Origin: Chloroflexia bacterium
GTDB taxonomy: Bacteria; Chloroflexota; Chloroflexia; Thermomicrobiales; CFX8
Direction: 5' to 3'
NCBI GenBank assembly: GCA_030431755.1
Contig: JAUIIK010000007.1
Location: 2,400-66,399, forward strand
Length of the DNA stretch: 64,000 nt
Below the pieces are notes generated by a model. It made no database searches. It was not told the origin of the DNA and was given only the letters and a program-made list of their open reading frames with translations. Below, piece after piece: positions 63,496 to 64,000 of the stretch; within the stretch, counting starts at the first letter, position 1; each line of letters starts with the position of its first letter. The translations under genes and the position numbers were made by a program.

Positions 63496-63701
63496 GGATA
63501 GGTCTGTTCACCTTCGTCGGTTTCCAGGACGATTGCCTCGGTCGGGCAGAGCTCGGCGGCTACCCGCAACGTGTCCTCGTCCACGGTCGCAACGTCCAGC
63601 AATGTCGCCTTCTCATCATCATCGAGAATGAAGACAGTCGGCGCGGTCACGACACAGTTGCCGGCCGAGACGCACTTCTCGCGATCAATCCGCACACGCA
63701 T
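63492..63701 (-). CDS. Small ferredoxin, probably [3Fe-4S]
   Basis: CVSAGNC...AP.VF...CP..AI (CxxAxxC...CP); RBS GGAGGT before ATG 63701; ATGA overlap with the regulator. Confidence 0.9.
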   Translation of the reverse strand: MRVRIDREKCVSAGNCVVTAPTVFILDDDEKATLLDVATVDEDTLRVAAELCPTEAIVLETDEGEQTYP

Positions 63702-63858
63702 CGACACCTCCATATACCCACGGTCAGATAGTTCGACCGGCGCAGTCTAATTTTCGTCCAGGTGGGACCGCATCGGAAGCATTAACCATTTTTGCGAGAT
63801 GCACTGTACTTATGCTCTACGGAATTGTACTCCGGAAGGCTGTAGCCGCTATGAAATC

Positions 63859-63888
63859 TTGACCGTGCACGGGTCGCATTCCTACAAT
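63859..63888 (+). promoter_or_regulatory. Sigma70-type promoter for a gene beyond the window
   Basis: TTGACC-N18-TACAAT. Confidence 0.55.
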
Positions 63889-64000
63889 GCCCGTGCCCGG
63901 TAGAGTACACAAGGGGGAAGCCCGACCGGAGCGTTGCCAGCTACAGAATCACTCGCAGTGTCGGCCCGCTGGACATCCATTGCTGCGGCCACCGCCGCGG

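Noticed and set aside
63890-64000. Possible cobalamin riboswitch (GGGAA motif)
   Set aside because: The other conserved elements are missing and the region is truncated by the window edge.

Overview
GC-rich bacterial chromosomal segment. Gene content is suggestive of Chloroflexota, possibly Thermomicrobiales (inference). Left arm (1-10.5 kb): the 3' end of an unannotated gene (2..187), an MFS transporter and a full STAND-ATPase/LuxR regulator. The regulator is followed by palindromic operator-like sites and a 1017-aa secreted Pmp-repeat/choice-of-anchor-Q/PKD protein, whose Cys-rich C-terminus is about 60% identical to the fragment at 2..187. Next come an internally deleted second STAND-LuxR gene and a GT-C glycosyltransferase. 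11-28 kb: alpha-glucan/trehalose cluster glgE-treS(mak)-malQ-glgB-treZ-GH57-treY. 28-35.5 kb: a hotspot of palindromic repeats plus small metabolic and regulatory genes. 35.8-46.8 kb: a yhaO/yhaN-like (SbcCD-type) pair back-to-back with an AdnAB-like helicase-nuclease pair. 48-55 kb: a five-gene membrane operon (CDP-alcohol-phosphotransferase-like, DUF2252 kinase-like, Vps62/NPP1-like, two small membrane proteins) with a divergent DedA-like gene. 55.5-63.7 kb: an Hhe-type DUF4011 helicase-nuclease and a ferredoxin translationally coupled to a third STAND-LuxR regulator. No tRNA, rRNA or CRISPR array was seen. All family calls come from motif recognition by eye, not from database searches.
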